The translations under genes were made by a program, and so were the position numbers. Shown here piece by piece: positions 39,425 to 54,170 of a DNA stretch of 64,000 nucleotides. Below the pieces are notes generated by a model. It searched no databases. It was not told where the DNA came from and saw only the letters and a program-made list of their open reading frames with translations. The stretch's first letter is position 1. Every line of letters starts with the position of its first letter. Location of the stretch: the NCBI RefSeq assembly GCF_009914755.1, contig NC_060931.1; one strand, written 5' to 3'. The DNA comes from the human T2T-CHM13v2.0 reference genome, Homo sapiens.

Positions 39425-42400
39425 TCTGAATGCTTGATGTGGGGAAGGGGCAAGGTAATAAACTCTTCCAAAGTCTCAGACTCCTCACTGATTCAACAGA
39501 GGGTAACAAAAGAGGCTTGATGATGGATGATTCCATAGAAATAACATGTACAAATTTCTGGTACAGACCTGATACATAGTAGGTGCAGAAAAACACTGAA
39601 AGCATTTTTACTTTTATCCTTTATTACTTGACAGGCTTAGGTCATATTTTCTCTGAGTATTCTCCCTCCCACCATGGAACTCTCCATAAGCGTGCTGTTT
39701 CAGGGGATTACCTAGTGCCTTTTCTCTTTCTGAGGTGCAAGAAGTAAAGTGAGTGTATATCTGGGTGTGGGAACCTTATGAGGAGATGAGTAGACATAGA
39801 TGTAGGGAAGTCTGTCTATCTGTCTGTCTGTCTTCTATCTATCCACCTATTTCTATCTTTCCACTTATTTTCCCTCCTGCACTTCCTACTGTCTTTCTGA
39901 GACTGTACAAGCTATGGAAGAAGACATCACTAGATTAAAATCCTGGCTTAATCACTTATGTGCCATATTGACTTTGGTTGATGTACTCAATTTCCATGAT
40001 CCTCAGTCTCTACATCTAAATGGAGATAATGATGCCTAATTCATAGGGTTGCTGTGAGAATCAGGCATATTATAAAGAAAGCCCATTACATAGTACCAGG
40101 CATGAAGAAGCTAACAAAAGGTGGTTTCTAATCATTTCATTTGACTACTCTGTCTTCTACAATGTCATGTCAGTCTTTGTGCTCCCTCTGCATAGCAGCC
40201 GACAACTGCAATTACTGTAATGCCTCCTTTCCCTACATCATACAGGCCTTTTTCTTGGTTTATGACAGATAACTTGAAAATAATTAATTTACATATATTT
40301 GCATTATATATGTTAAATTTAAATTTATTTTATAAAAGAAAACTCATTTACTATTCTTCTTGTTTTTTTTTTGCTGTCATGCAAACTTCCACATTTTTTA
40401 GTGTTTTTTTTTTTCCTCATCAATTTGGTAATTCCTTTACTGAAAGGAGGTAAATGTCATCTCTGGATTTATCAACTTCACTGTGTTGTCCCTCCCCAAC
40501 CTTTTATGATCTCAGCCTCCATCGCTGGGATATGTGTTATTTGCCTGCATGGTGTTTCTGTCTTGTGAGCCAGTTCCTTTTACATGATAAAGCCGCCTAC
40601 TGAATCTGTGATGACTAAATTTGGTATGAGATCTTGTCAAGGTCTTTTGAAAGTCTAAATAAAAGAAACCCTCTGTTAGTTTCTTGTTGGCTTCTTTCTC
40701 TCTCAAAAGCATTTAACTATTAACAGATTCAATAGGGAATGTTTTCCTTACACAAACATTCTTGCTTTTCCCCCTTTATGGTGTTTTCTGAAGTGTTTAG
40801 TGATCCTGCACGTTATACAAATGAGATATCCTGGGTAGCTGTGGCATCAGCCCTGGAGCCCTTCTTTAACATGATGGTTACATGGGCAGTCTTTTAGTCT
40901 GCTAGTTCTGGGTCAGTATGCGACCTTTGTTTTTGCCTTTTGACCAACACGTTCCCCTCAAGCTTCCTGACAAGTCATAATTACCAGTCTCGGCAACATG
41001 TGCACCTGTGTTTAGACCTCCTGAATAGTTGCCACTGCCAGTTCTCTTTTCTGCAGAAGTCAATGATGGGATCAGGGCTTTGAGGAAAGCATCATTTCAG
41101 GCTCCCTGGTCTCTTTTATTTTCATCTGGAGAGGAGCTTTGAACCAGGAAAATCTAGGAGTCCTGCTGATATTAGAGCTGACTTTGATGCTTAAAAAAAA
41201 AAAAATTCCTTACTTCAATGAGGCAGTACCCGTTTTAACTAATGTCTGTAACTCAGGCTTCTGCCAGAGGACGAGGGATAAGCTTCAAAAATGAGCACTT
41301 GAATGTTCCACATCAAAATTATCTGGTGGAGGGACTGTCCCAGTTCTGGTGCTGTGAAGGTCAACTTCATCACACATAGATGCATGATATTGTACTTTCA
41401 CATTTTGAAAACGACCCTAGGCCTGAGGATTAGTTACTTTATCTACTTGAGAAATATTAGCATTTAATAGGGAAGCTAGTTTGTTTTCAAAATTTGTTTC
41501 TAAAAATAACTATCATTTTCCATGAAGTTGATTTTAGTAGACTTGAACATACTTTAAACTTCTAAACATCATTTTGTGCTACAAAACAGCAAGTGATCTC
41601 CCTCGAAAACCCAGCAAGACCCTCCTTCTAAAAGATGTTTTTCTGTTTCTTGCTGGCCATAGATGAGAGCTGGAATGAAGTACCAGGGCAAGGGAGCTGC
41701 CTGGATGAGGAAACCAAGGCTATCTCAGTACTGCCAAGGTGTTTTCATCATTCATCAAAATGCAAAAGTAAACACTGGTGAGAAAAACGATGTTGATCTC
41801 CCAGGCAAGCCACTTTCCAGGAGTGTGGCTGATTATTTTCAAATGCTGCATCGGAAAGTTGCAGGCCCCTTGGAAAATCTGTCACCCCTGAGAGTGATGT
41901 GAGTGATTTTGGCTTCGGGGGCTCTTTCCAACGGGATCATTTCCCTGCCATCCAATTGCCTGCCTTAGTGTTTCCAGAATAGATCCCTGTGGTTGCTGAG
42001 AAAGAGCAATAAATGCCTAAATGATTCAGGAGGCCCGAGGCTGGGCTCTGAGGGGGGCCCAGTCTCATCAGTGGGGAATCTCTTCAGTGGCGGATCCTGT
42101 TATTGATGTGGTCTGGGGCCTGGGGATTTTGTTCTTTGACCAAGACAAAGGAGTAATACATGGAGACTTTCCTTCCTAGGCTTTGTCTGAGGTCAAATAT
42201 TTGTTCTCCCATGGAGCTGAAAAATAATCAAGGATATCATCTTCTTGAATATTCTCTATTCTGCTTCTAAGAGTTGAAGAAATAATATTTTCCTCAATTC
42301 TATTTTTACAGATTATTCTACAGAAACAACACATCACTGGATGCCTCTCACCATGCAATCCTCTGTGCACTTGAGAAGAAGACAAGACTCTCCTATTTTT

Positions 42401-44584
42401 AGATGGGAAAGCTGAGGCAAAACGGATGCACTTGGGCAAAATCATTTGATAAAAATGGAAGCTGAACCTCCAAGTCCTGGCATCGGTAGCTGCCTCATGT
42501 TCCTCCCGCCTCACTCCACCTCAGTGTACCCGCGACTGGAGGGTGCCACAGGCTGGAGCACACAAAACACTGTGTGCTTCGTGATTCTGATGTGGGGCGC
42601 CAGATCCGGTGGAAGGAGGGTGGCTGCGTGGGAACAGATGCTCGTGTCACAAGGAGTTGTCTCTTGTGGGCAAAGCAAGCTGGAAAGTGTTTCGATTTCT
42701 TTATTTTCATGCTCTACTCTTGGTGCTTCCTTCTCCTTTGCCCACCAATCCCCCCAATGCCAGGCTTCTCCTTACCTGGGTGCAGAGAGAGGAACAACTT
42801 GGAGGTGGGCAGAGAGGGACTCAGTTCATGGTGCTTGGAGGTGGGAGAGCTCCCAGGCAAAATAGAGAGGAGACTGTGGAGATGCCGTGGGCAGGTGTGG
42901 AGGAGAGGGAGAGCTTGAACGGTGAAAAACAAGAGATGGAGAGTCTGGGAGAAGGGTGAGCAGCCAGAATGGGGATTTCCACAGTAGCTTCTGATGAGCT
43001 ATGTCTGGTCAGAACTATAACCTTAGCTTCCTTTATTTCCCTGGAGGGGTGGGGAGATAGGAAGGAGAGGAGTATACTAGTCTCTTCCAAAGGGAGGGCC
43101 AGAGCAAAAGCGTCCTGTGATTAATTACTCACCACAAAATCCCTCTTCAAGGCTGGAGACCTAGGAGGGGCTTGGCACACAGACAACTCCTCTGCAGCTG
43201 TTCAGAGAAAAACAGCTCTTCCCATCTCAAGCCGCCCACCTGCCCAGTGTGCTGTCTGTCCCACTGGTCACACACTTTCCCTAGAGTGCTTCTTGCTTCT
43301 CTCACAGCAATTCCCACCTCCGCATGCTGGACCAGGCGGCCCCCTCTAGATCCCATGGTGAAGCATCAGGTGCCCACAGGTCTAAGATGTCTTCATTTGT
43401 TCAATGGCTAGAGCAGGCAGCTGGCTGTCCAGATGCATGAATGAATTCCCTAACTCTCACATGTCTGCAGGAAACTGATGTAGGAAGCCTGCACCAGTGG
43501 ATTGCCATTCGGGCAGATCCTCTCAACTTTGAGAGCTTAAGGCTTGCTTTTGAGTATGTGATTATGATCCTGCCTGTGTGTATGTATGTCAGAATCATAG
43601 AACTCTAGAGGTCATGTTTTAATTAATTTATTCATTCATTGATTCATTAACAAATGCTTATTGAGTACCTACTATGTGTCAGGCTGTGATATGGATACTG
43701 AGGCACAGATCAGTGAGCAAAACAGACCAAAAGCTCTGTCATCATGAAGCTTATATTCTAGAGAGAAGAGATATACTATCATCAAATTAAGTCAGTTATG
43801 TAGCATATTAGAAAGTGATAAGTCCAGTGGGGTAAAATAAAGGAGGATGATGGGGAATGTGAGGGGCGGCATGCAATTTTAAATAGAATGTTTGAGGAAG
43901 GCTTTCATGGGAAAGTGATATTTGGTGCAAAACGTGAAGGCGGTAAAGAGGTGAATTATGTGGCTATGTCGGGGATGGACATTACAGGCAGAAGAATTAG
44001 TTAGTCGGGGCTCTGAGCAGGGAGCAGGTCTGGCATGTTCCCATCCCAGCAAGTAGGCCAGTGTGGCTCTGGTGGAGTAAGCAAGGATGGAATTGCAGCA
44101 GGTGAGTCCAGAAGAGTGATAATGGACAGCCAGTTGGGGGTGCCTTCCAGGTGATTGTGGGAACTAGGCTTTATTCTGAGTGTGATGGGTAGCCACTTGG
44201 GGCTTTCAGGACAGGATGGTAAAAAAAGGATCATGCTGCCTGCTGTGTTGGGAACAGACTGTATGGGACCAGGTGAAAGCAAAGCAGTCAGCCTCAAATA
44301 ATTCAGGTGAGGGAAAACGTGACTTGAATAAGATTCACTGTAGAAGTGGTGAGATATAAGTGGATTCTGGATATAATAAAAATATAGAGCCAGCAGGATT
44401 TTCTGATGGATTAGCTAAGGAGTGTAAAGAAATAGAGGAGTCAGAGTGACTTTTTTTTTCCTTGAGCAACAGGAAGTGGAGAGGTATCATTACCTGAAAG
44501 GAGGAAAGCCTCAGGTAGAGAAAGTTTTAGAGGAGGTAAGATCAGAGGTTTAGTGCAAGACATGCTAAGTTTGAGATGTCTATT

Positions 44585-44639
44585 AGATACCCAAGTGGAT
44601 CTGTCTAATGGGTATTTAGACAGATCCACTTGGATATCT
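44585..44639. repeat. Inverted repeat, 24-bp arms (1 mismatch), 7-nt loop
   Basis: agatacccaagtggatctgtctaa-tgggtat-ttagacagatccacttggatatct. Confidence 0.92.
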
Positions 44640-44741
44640 GTCTCAATGGACATGTGATCTACATGTAGTTCACAGGATAAGTCCAGTTTAGAGTACCAAT
44701 TTGAAGTCATCAAATGTAGGTGGCATTTAAAGTGGTAAAAC

Positions 44742-45317
<576 letters not shown>

Positions 45318-46329
45318 CTATGATATAGTAGAGTGACTTCCCCTATTGATAACAAACAATTATGTCAGTCCCTACACAACTCTTATGCTAAAGGTAATGG
45401 GGAGGGTTGAATGGTACTCATTTGGGCAGCTTTTTTTTGGCTATGTATACTTTCAGAAAGAATTTACCTCACCTAGATCACATGACTAAAATATAGGAAT
45501 ATTAATACCCACTGTGTCTAATTGGCAGATTGTTTTGAGATTTTAAATGAGATCTATTCATGAAAACATTTTGTTAATCTTAAAGCACCACACCAATATC
45601 ACCTATTATATTGTACAGCCATGATCAACACAATTTCCAATCTAGAAGTCCCTCTCAACTTTTCCTGGGACTGAGTTTTCAGGACTTAGAGTTCCTTCTC
45701 CTTCTCATTCTTTTTCTGCGCATAGTCTCCCGGTAAAGTGAAAACCAGCTGAGAAAAGATTCGGGCTGGACAGGCCTCCGTGGCGATTAAGAGTCACGAA
45801 TGTGATGATATTATTCGCAAACAGCAGTGTAGTCATGGTTCAGAATTTTGGAAACAGTGCCAGGAGGATCTTGGACATAATTTTCAGGGTGTATAAGCCC
45901 TGCACTAAAGTAAAGTTTACCAGTGCCAAGAGTTTGACGTTTTCTTCTTCATGTTTTCTTTGGCTGGAGCCTGGCTTTAGTTGAAGAGTTCTGTCAACAA
46001 ATGGAATTCTCTATTTGGGACTGGGATTCTTGATTGGTGGTGCTTCTGTCTCCTCTTGCTGTGAGTTTCCTCAAACTTAGAGTCCTGTGGGATCTGTGTT
46101 TGAACAGAGACTGGAAATGCTTACCTCATCTCCACATTTCTTAGCCATTTGTCACCAGACTGTAGATTGACTGGTGGGATGCCTGTTTCTAGAGAGAAAA
46201 GATACTGCTTTTCTCTGACTCCAGCTGAGAAGAGGTTGGTTAAATTACGAATTTGATGACTATCTATGAACCTAAGGAGGAAAAGTTAATTTCTTTTGAG
46301 GGTTTGCATAATGTTTTAAAACAAATTTA

Positions 46330-49300
46330 TAGAAATATAGATGATGGAAAAAAGCAATAGGGTAAACCTAAATTATTAAAAATAAATAATACATAGGAAA
46401 TAAACAGCATAGAAAAGAAACAAAAAAAGAGATTGTTACCAAAAACCATAAGTTTTTTTTTTTGAAAATTCTAAGAAGGTGGATAAATTTCTGGAATTTT
46501 CAATGAGCAAAAAAGTGAAAAGATACAAATGAATAAAAAATGAAAAGGTAGAAATTAAAATAGGTCTAGTAGAGATTAAAAATAATAAAAGAATATTATT
46601 AAAAAGTATTGGTGGATAAAATAGGCACATATCTGAAGATAAAAGCCGAATTGACCCCCTAAAAAGCAGAAAACTTACAATAACAATCATTAATGGCTTT
46701 GAATGGCTATGAAAAAATAATATCTCTGCCCTCTTCACTACTCCCATGTAAAATGATTTTATGGGTAGATTTTACCAACGTTTCAAGAGACACATGATTC
46801 CCAAATATTATGTAAGTTTTTTCAGAAAATGAAAAAAAAGAAAACATTAACAACTCATTTTATAAAATTTGCATAATTTAGAAAATGCATACACTAATTT
46901 TATAGATAAAAGCATTTAAAAATATTATCCAAGTTCAACATTTTAAAAAGCAACACATTTTTACGATTTTCTCAGGAATAGAAAGATAGTTCAACTCCAG
47001 AAAATCTAAAACAGAGTCATCTCAATATACATGAAAAAAAGATGAAAATTATTAGAAAGCTAGAAATACACAGGAATTTTATAATCTAATAAACCCTATG
47101 TACAAATATTCCACAACAAATTTCATGTTTAATGGATAAATCTGAGGCACTTATTTTCAAGTCAGGAACTAGATATATATGCTTTGTATAAGTGATACCT
47201 GTCAGCACAGTGTGCTAACAATTTTAGTCAATACAGTGAAAAAGAAAATAATTGTTATAAATAATACATTGTAATTATTTGCTGATGATATGATCATTTA
47301 CATTTAAAATGCAAGAGTATTAATGGCAAACTAGTCACACCAATAAGAAAGTTCAGCAAAATTTTCTAACATAAGATCAACATATAAAAGTAAATAAGTT
47401 TTCTCTATATCAACAATATTATATTAGAAACCATAACAAAAAGAAGCAACACACTCATAAAATATATAGAAATGAATTTTTTTAATGCATAGGATTTATA
47501 AAAAAATTATAAAGCCCTAGTAAAGCACAAGAAAGAAAGTTCAAATAAATGGAGAAATACACTATGTTCATGAATGGGGAGACTTTATCTTGTAAATACA
47601 TCGGTTTTTCTAAGTTTGGAATATATTTAATGCATTTCCAATAATAATTACAAGAAGAATCATGGGAAAAATTCCATATTGATTTAAAATATATAGAGAG
47701 AAATAAAGGTCCTAAAATAGTTAACACAGATTTTAACTTTTGAATTAAGGTGGAGAGAAGAAAGGATGACTAATCCTTCTAGATATTAACAAATACTGCA
47801 GAGCAACAATTAGTAAAATACATTCATTTTTGTATAAGAATAAGTAGATATACAGTACAAGATCGACAGTCCAGAAACAGACTGATATCTCTACATGAAC
47901 TTGGTAAATGATGGTGATGGCATCGTAAATCAGCGGAAAATGTTTTAAGTTTAAAATAAATGTTCTATGGAAAGTAGGCTAATTATATGAGAAATAATCA
48001 GTTAAATGCTCCAGATATACCAAGAAGATATAAAATACATAGGACTTTTCAAGAAAAATTGATGGATTTGACTATAAAAATAAATAGTTTGGCTAACACA
48101 GGACAGCATAAGTCAAAATAATAGTCCAGGAAGTGATATTTACATCATTAATGACAAAAATTCTAGAGCTATATAAGGAAAATCACTAATTAATTTAAAA
48201 ATTAGACACAGGATGCAATTAAACTGTTTAACAAGAGGAATTTGAATGGACAAGTCTTTGAAGAGAGTCTTCTCAGCATTGCTTTTAGGTAGAGAGTAAC
48301 ATTTAAATTACCATGCAATCTCTTTCTTCTTCATTTTAACCACGTCTTACCATTAGACTTTCAGGATCAAGCTATCTGTTGCTAAGAAACAAAAGCAAAA
48401 TTGCCTTTTTCTCAACAGATTTAAGTGAAAATCAGTAGTCAGTTCAGGTGTGACTCTAAGAAGACACATTGGAGAGTATGCTGGGCTTACATGAAGCTAG
48501 CCACGTGTGTTGGCTCACACATCTATCTTGCATTGGTTCCACGTTCCTTCTCATGATCCTCTGAGCAGAAATATTTTTCACAGTTATTAGTTACAATTTG
48601 CTGGAAATTGCAACCCATTGAAGTTTTTTTCCCTTGTTTTCTTAAATTCACTAATAAACATATGTGACACTTTTTGAACTATTTACCAAACGTGACTTTG
48701 AGGCTACATTACCAACTTCAGCCAGGTGGTTTAACACATTTGAGCATCACACTTGGTGCTTAAAAGGTGCTAAGTAAAATATTAAATGAATCCAGCAGGA
48801 ACAAATGAGAAACCCATTTATAATCATTGCATTGGCAAAAATTAAAATGCTGGAAAGCATAAGTGTTGGTGAGGTTGTAGAGAAACAAGAACTCTTCTCT
48901 ACTGAGAGTGGAGGGATAAATTAATGTTGTTATTCTGGAGAATAATTTAATAATACTAGTGAAATTACATATATTCATATTCTATGGCTTTGCAGTTTCA
49001 TTACTGAGTATACACCCCTCAGTTACTCTTCTGGAGATATATTAAAGATAAGTTCTCAGAAGTTTACTTACTGCAGCACAGTTTGAACCAACAAAGAGTT
49101 GGAAATAACTCGAATGCCCATTAGTGAGAAATGGATAATCAAAATGTGAAATATGCAAGTAGTGGAGTACCATGCAGTAGTTAGAAGTAATAAACTACAT
49201 TTAAGTACATCTACATTAATAAATCTCAAAAATATGATGATAAGTAAAACAAGTTAGAAGAAGAAATGTAGCAAAATGCCAAGTATGTTAAAAACACAAG

Positions 49301-49330
49301 AGTGAGTACCTGCATGTAATATTATTATAA
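46330..49330 (+). mobile_element. Highly degraded old L1M (ORF2 and 3' end) segments
   Basis: A-rich sequence with tttgctgatgatatgat (FADDM, ~47278), ataagatcaacata and aataaatggagaaatacactatgttcatg. Confidence 0.7.
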
Positions 49331-49572
49331 TACTACCAAATATAAGGATATAAAAAGAGCAATCCTGCATCACTGATAATATTCTACTATAAGCTGATTG
49401 TTGTAAAGTTAGTTTTTTTGCCTCTAAAATAAAAATAAAATTTGCAGTAACCTTCAAAATTAGTAAATAAAATTAAAAAATAGAACTATTAGGAGCTACA
49501 AACGATTTGGGTCAGTGTGAGTCTCATGTATATAATTTCCATTCACATTTAGTGTGCTGCACATTTTCTTAC

Positions 49573-49695
49573 ATCAATTCATTCATTCTATGAATTCATT
49601 CATTCTATGAATTCATTCTATCAATTCATTTATTGCTTATTGATAACTAATACCATTCATAATTCATAATTGCTTATTGATAACTAATACCATTC
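49573..49695. repeat. Compound short tandem duplications
   Basis: aattcattcattctatg repeats, then attgcttattgataactaataccattc at 49632 and again at 49669. Confidence 0.85.
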
Positions 49696-51484
49696 TAATG
49701 ATTGTTCCTTCTCTTATTATCCATTTTTCTCATTTGAGGTCTATGGTATCACGAGTTGATATCAGAAAGTCTTGTTACCATTGTCTATAAATTTCTAAGA
49801 TTACTTTTACCATCTTTGATGATTTCTGGTAATAAAGGCTGGGCAATATAGGGATGCAGACAATATTTTTGATCTACTTGCAGTCACATAATCAGTTTCC
49901 TAAATGAAGTAATACTTCATTTATGGAAACTTGTTGTCAATTTTCCTGTCCATCTGTCTTCTGGTACATTTTCAGTGACTTCAGCATTTATGTTATAATA
50001 TGCTAACCATGCTTCCCATTCTTTACTATTTCTATTCCTCTGCTTAGCTAGTAGCAAGGAGATCCTTAAGCCCCATGACCAATTGTCACTAATCCTCTAA
50101 GATATCTCCTGAACCTTTTAACTATAAACCCTTGTTTATATAGTAAGACTGCCCATTTATTATAATTTCAGCCACTCCATTAGCTTTGCTTCTGATCAGA
50201 CACTTAGCAACTTTTTTGATTACCAGTGCCTGGCCAAAGTTCACGTGGGTTCCTATACATGCTTAATAATTGTCTGCTCAGTTGCTGATGAAATCTCTAT
50301 ATCTCTGCCAATCAACCTTCTGCTTTTCTCAAGCCTAATCCTGCTCACTTTATTCTCAGACAGATGTTTTTTATTTATTATTACTGCTCCTGCTCCTTCT
50401 CCCTCTACCACTACCACTACAATAGCTTAGGAAAGCTCCTGGAACATAGTAAACACTCAGTAAATGTTCACTGCTGTTCTTATCAATGCTACTACACTAC
50501 TGTTAAGTCTCCTAGGACCACCACATGGTGAACATTTATTATATGTCAAGCCTTGTGCCAAGTATTTTACACGTATCATCTCATATAATTTAATATATTT
50601 TTACTGAGAACATTGAAACCATTCAAAAAGTAATCTTTAGCTTTTTTCAAAATTGATTTCCTTATAAATCTCACAAAAGAGGTCTGCTCACCCTGTCCAA
50701 GACCAACACCTTGATATGTATTTTCATCCTCTGTCTTTTCTGTCACTTCCAAGGCCCTGTTTTGTTGCCTTCTGACTTCTAGATTCTTCATTCTCTTCCA
50801 CTGGCTCCTTTTTTGGCCTTTCAATATGCCTACGTCTAATTTGTCTTGAAAACCCCCAGGTCTGAATGTTTTTCTGTAAAAGATTCTTTCATATTTTTCT
50901 CCTGCCTATCATTGTGCTTATCGTTAGGCATGTTATCTATGCCTTCTTCTTGACTGAATTACATGCACTTGGAATCCATTTCTATTCTTTCTGAACTAAT
51001 CATTGGTAATAATTTCCTAGTTATCAAAGTCTTCTTCTAGCTACTTAATCTCTATAGGTTTTTCTAATGCATTTTGCCCCTTTGATCACTGTATCCTTGA
51101 ATCTCTTTCTTCTTTGGCTTTTATGATAGGAGAAGTTCATTTCTATTACATGCTCCCCTGCCTCTTTAAGGCCAGACGTTGTGTATCATGAGGCACCATC
51201 TGAAGGATCTTGGAAGTAGACCATGCACAGAAGGTTCGGAATGGGGCAGCAGTGGAGTCAGGATTTACATTGTCAGAAAGAGTCAAAAGGACACAAGAAG
51301 GCAGAGAAAAGCAGAAGATTTGTTTTCCTGGCATCAATTAATAACAAAGATTTTAAGAGAAATATTATTAATATTAGTCAAAGAGTTGACAAAAACTGAT
51401 GGATAGCTGAGATACCTGCACTAGTTTTAGGTGAAATATTATGAAGATCTGGGCAGAGTTGGCCGAAGAGTTTTGGCTAGTTCA

Positions 51485-51915
<431 letters not shown>

Positions 51916-53629
51916 CAGGAAAAAAGATAAAGCGAAAGAGACCTAGCTCCATTTACTTACCTTCTCTTGATGGAAGTTACTCCTTGGTTGTTTTTGCTCA
52001 GAGGCCTGGGGGTAGTGAAAGCAGGCTGGGTGACTGTGGGATTAAGTGAGGAGCTGGGTTGAGCTGACCACTGGCAGTGAAATGAGTAGAACCTCATAGG
52101 GGTACAGAGCTGATGGGAAAAGCACTTGGGCCATCATCATCCTCCCTGTTTAATAAACATCGGTCACCTATACATTTTTAGAGCTTTTTATTATAGACAT
52201 TTTCAAACATATACAAACATAGTATACTGAGCTGAGCCCTCATGTATTTATTATCCAATTCAATACCTATCAACATTTTTTCAATTATGTTTAATCTGTG
52301 TTTGCTCCACTGCCCTTTGGTGTTTTTATTTTTGCTGCAATGTTTTAAGACAAATCCAAAGTATCCTATTATTTCACCCACAAATAATTTAGTACCCACA
52401 CTTGTTTTATATTGAAGCACTGTATGTTTTTAAAAGAAGCAGTAGCTGAAAGCCCAGAGGGCTCTGGAAGTGGATAGAGTAGGGACTTTGGTACTAGTGC
52501 TTTTGGTTTCCTTTAAGTTTTGTGGCTTTGAGATGCCCAAGGACTAGACCTTATTCCTTAAATTAAAGCAGGGTTTTCATTTCTTAGGCAGTCAGCTTGC
52601 TCTTTAAAACTGAAATTTTTATTTTGGGTAAAAAGGACTTTGCCATTTGAATGTCTGTAATAGGTAGCCACAGAACCATTATTATAATCAATGTAAATTC
52701 TAACTCTGAGAGATAAATAAGTACTAGAGAAAAATAGACTAACCTACTAGGAGAGATATGAAAAGACATAAAACAGAATTAACAATGTAGTACTACATAG
52801 AGTGCCTCAAATTAGCAATACAAAAAATAGGTGTGCTCAATGACAGCAAGCCAACTATATAAATTGGAAATTGGGATATGTAATTCAGGAAAAGATTTGT
52901 TTTCTAATGTGCAACTTATTACAATCAGTGATGGATGCACCAAGCTTAATTGTGGTAATTACTTCACTTTATCTGTATATAAAATTGTCACATTGTACAG
53001 CTTAAACTTATACATTTTTTTGTCAATTGTAACTCAATAAAAAATTTTTAAATAAAAATAAATCTCTCAAAATAAAAAGTTCATTTCATGCTATGTTTTA
53101 ATCATCTTTATTAAGAAGGGCAAATTACATAAAACCAGGACCATGTAGAAAAACTGGGACATGTGGTCCACACTGCTGTGAGTTGAATTTGGGACACTTT
53201 ATGCCTCGGGTGGTCAGAGAAGGGTGGTGTCAAACTTAAAGGTAGGACTTAGTTCAATTTACTTAGCAACCAATGTAAAGACAGGAATGATTTGTGTAAG
53301 GTAGTAGCAGAAGCTAAGTTTAGAAAGGGACAAGGAGGTGAAGGGGTGAATATCTTAAACCGTTTTGTGGAATGTTAATGCCAAGCGAATATTCCTAAGT
53401 TTTCACTGAAGAAAGTGTTCTGTGGTCCAACACATTTTGAAAACGTTGGCTTAAGAAAACTTCCAATGTCTTGATAATATATTCAGTTTCTTAGTGAATG
53501 TGCATGTACATGGAGAAGTGGTGATAGCAGGTAGCATTTCTTTCCTTTTCTTTTTTTTTAAATGAAGCTTCTATTAATATTCAGGGAGTCTAGTGTTTCT
53601 TAGCACATGGTTTAGGAAACAGCATGTTA

Positions 53630-54170
53630 AGAAATTGAGAGCTTATCCTAAAGGATGTGCAGAACCACAGAAAGCTTTTCAGTGAGAGATGAAGTGGCAT
53701 GTTACCAAGATTAATTTGGTGTAGCTTTCAGATGAAATGAAAAGGGAGAAAATGAACACAAGGAGAAGACTATGGTAATAGTTCAAGGGTGAAGTGATGA
53801 GGACCTGAATTGGAGCAGTGGGTGCGTGACCGGAAAGAAGAAGAAACATATGGGAGGCAACACAAAGGAAGGATCTTCGGCTTCAATAGATAACTGAATG
53901 TGATGGGTGAGGGCGAGGCAGGAGTCAAATGTTATTCTGAGGTGTTGAGTCAAGGAAACACTTGAGACCATTGATGGAAATGGACCCATACACATAGACA
54001 GTGCTAGTGAGCTATAAAGGATGCTGAGCTTCATGTGGCTGTGGAGGTGATTATGTACAAGAGCTGCTAATGTAGGTACAAAAGTTGAGGTGAGAGTCAA
54101 GGCGGGGCATATCAGCTTGGGAATTTGTATAGCTGCGCTTTGGGTGTTGGAGGGTTGGTATGAAGAGTGT
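53630..54170 (-). mobile_element. L2 fragment
   Basis: gtgatgaggacctgaatt...actgaatgtg...gagtcaa motifs. Confidence 0.55.

Noticed and set aside
45800-45900. C-box-like GTGATGA suggesting a C/D snoRNA
   Set aside because: There is no CTGA D box or terminal stem at a suitable distance.
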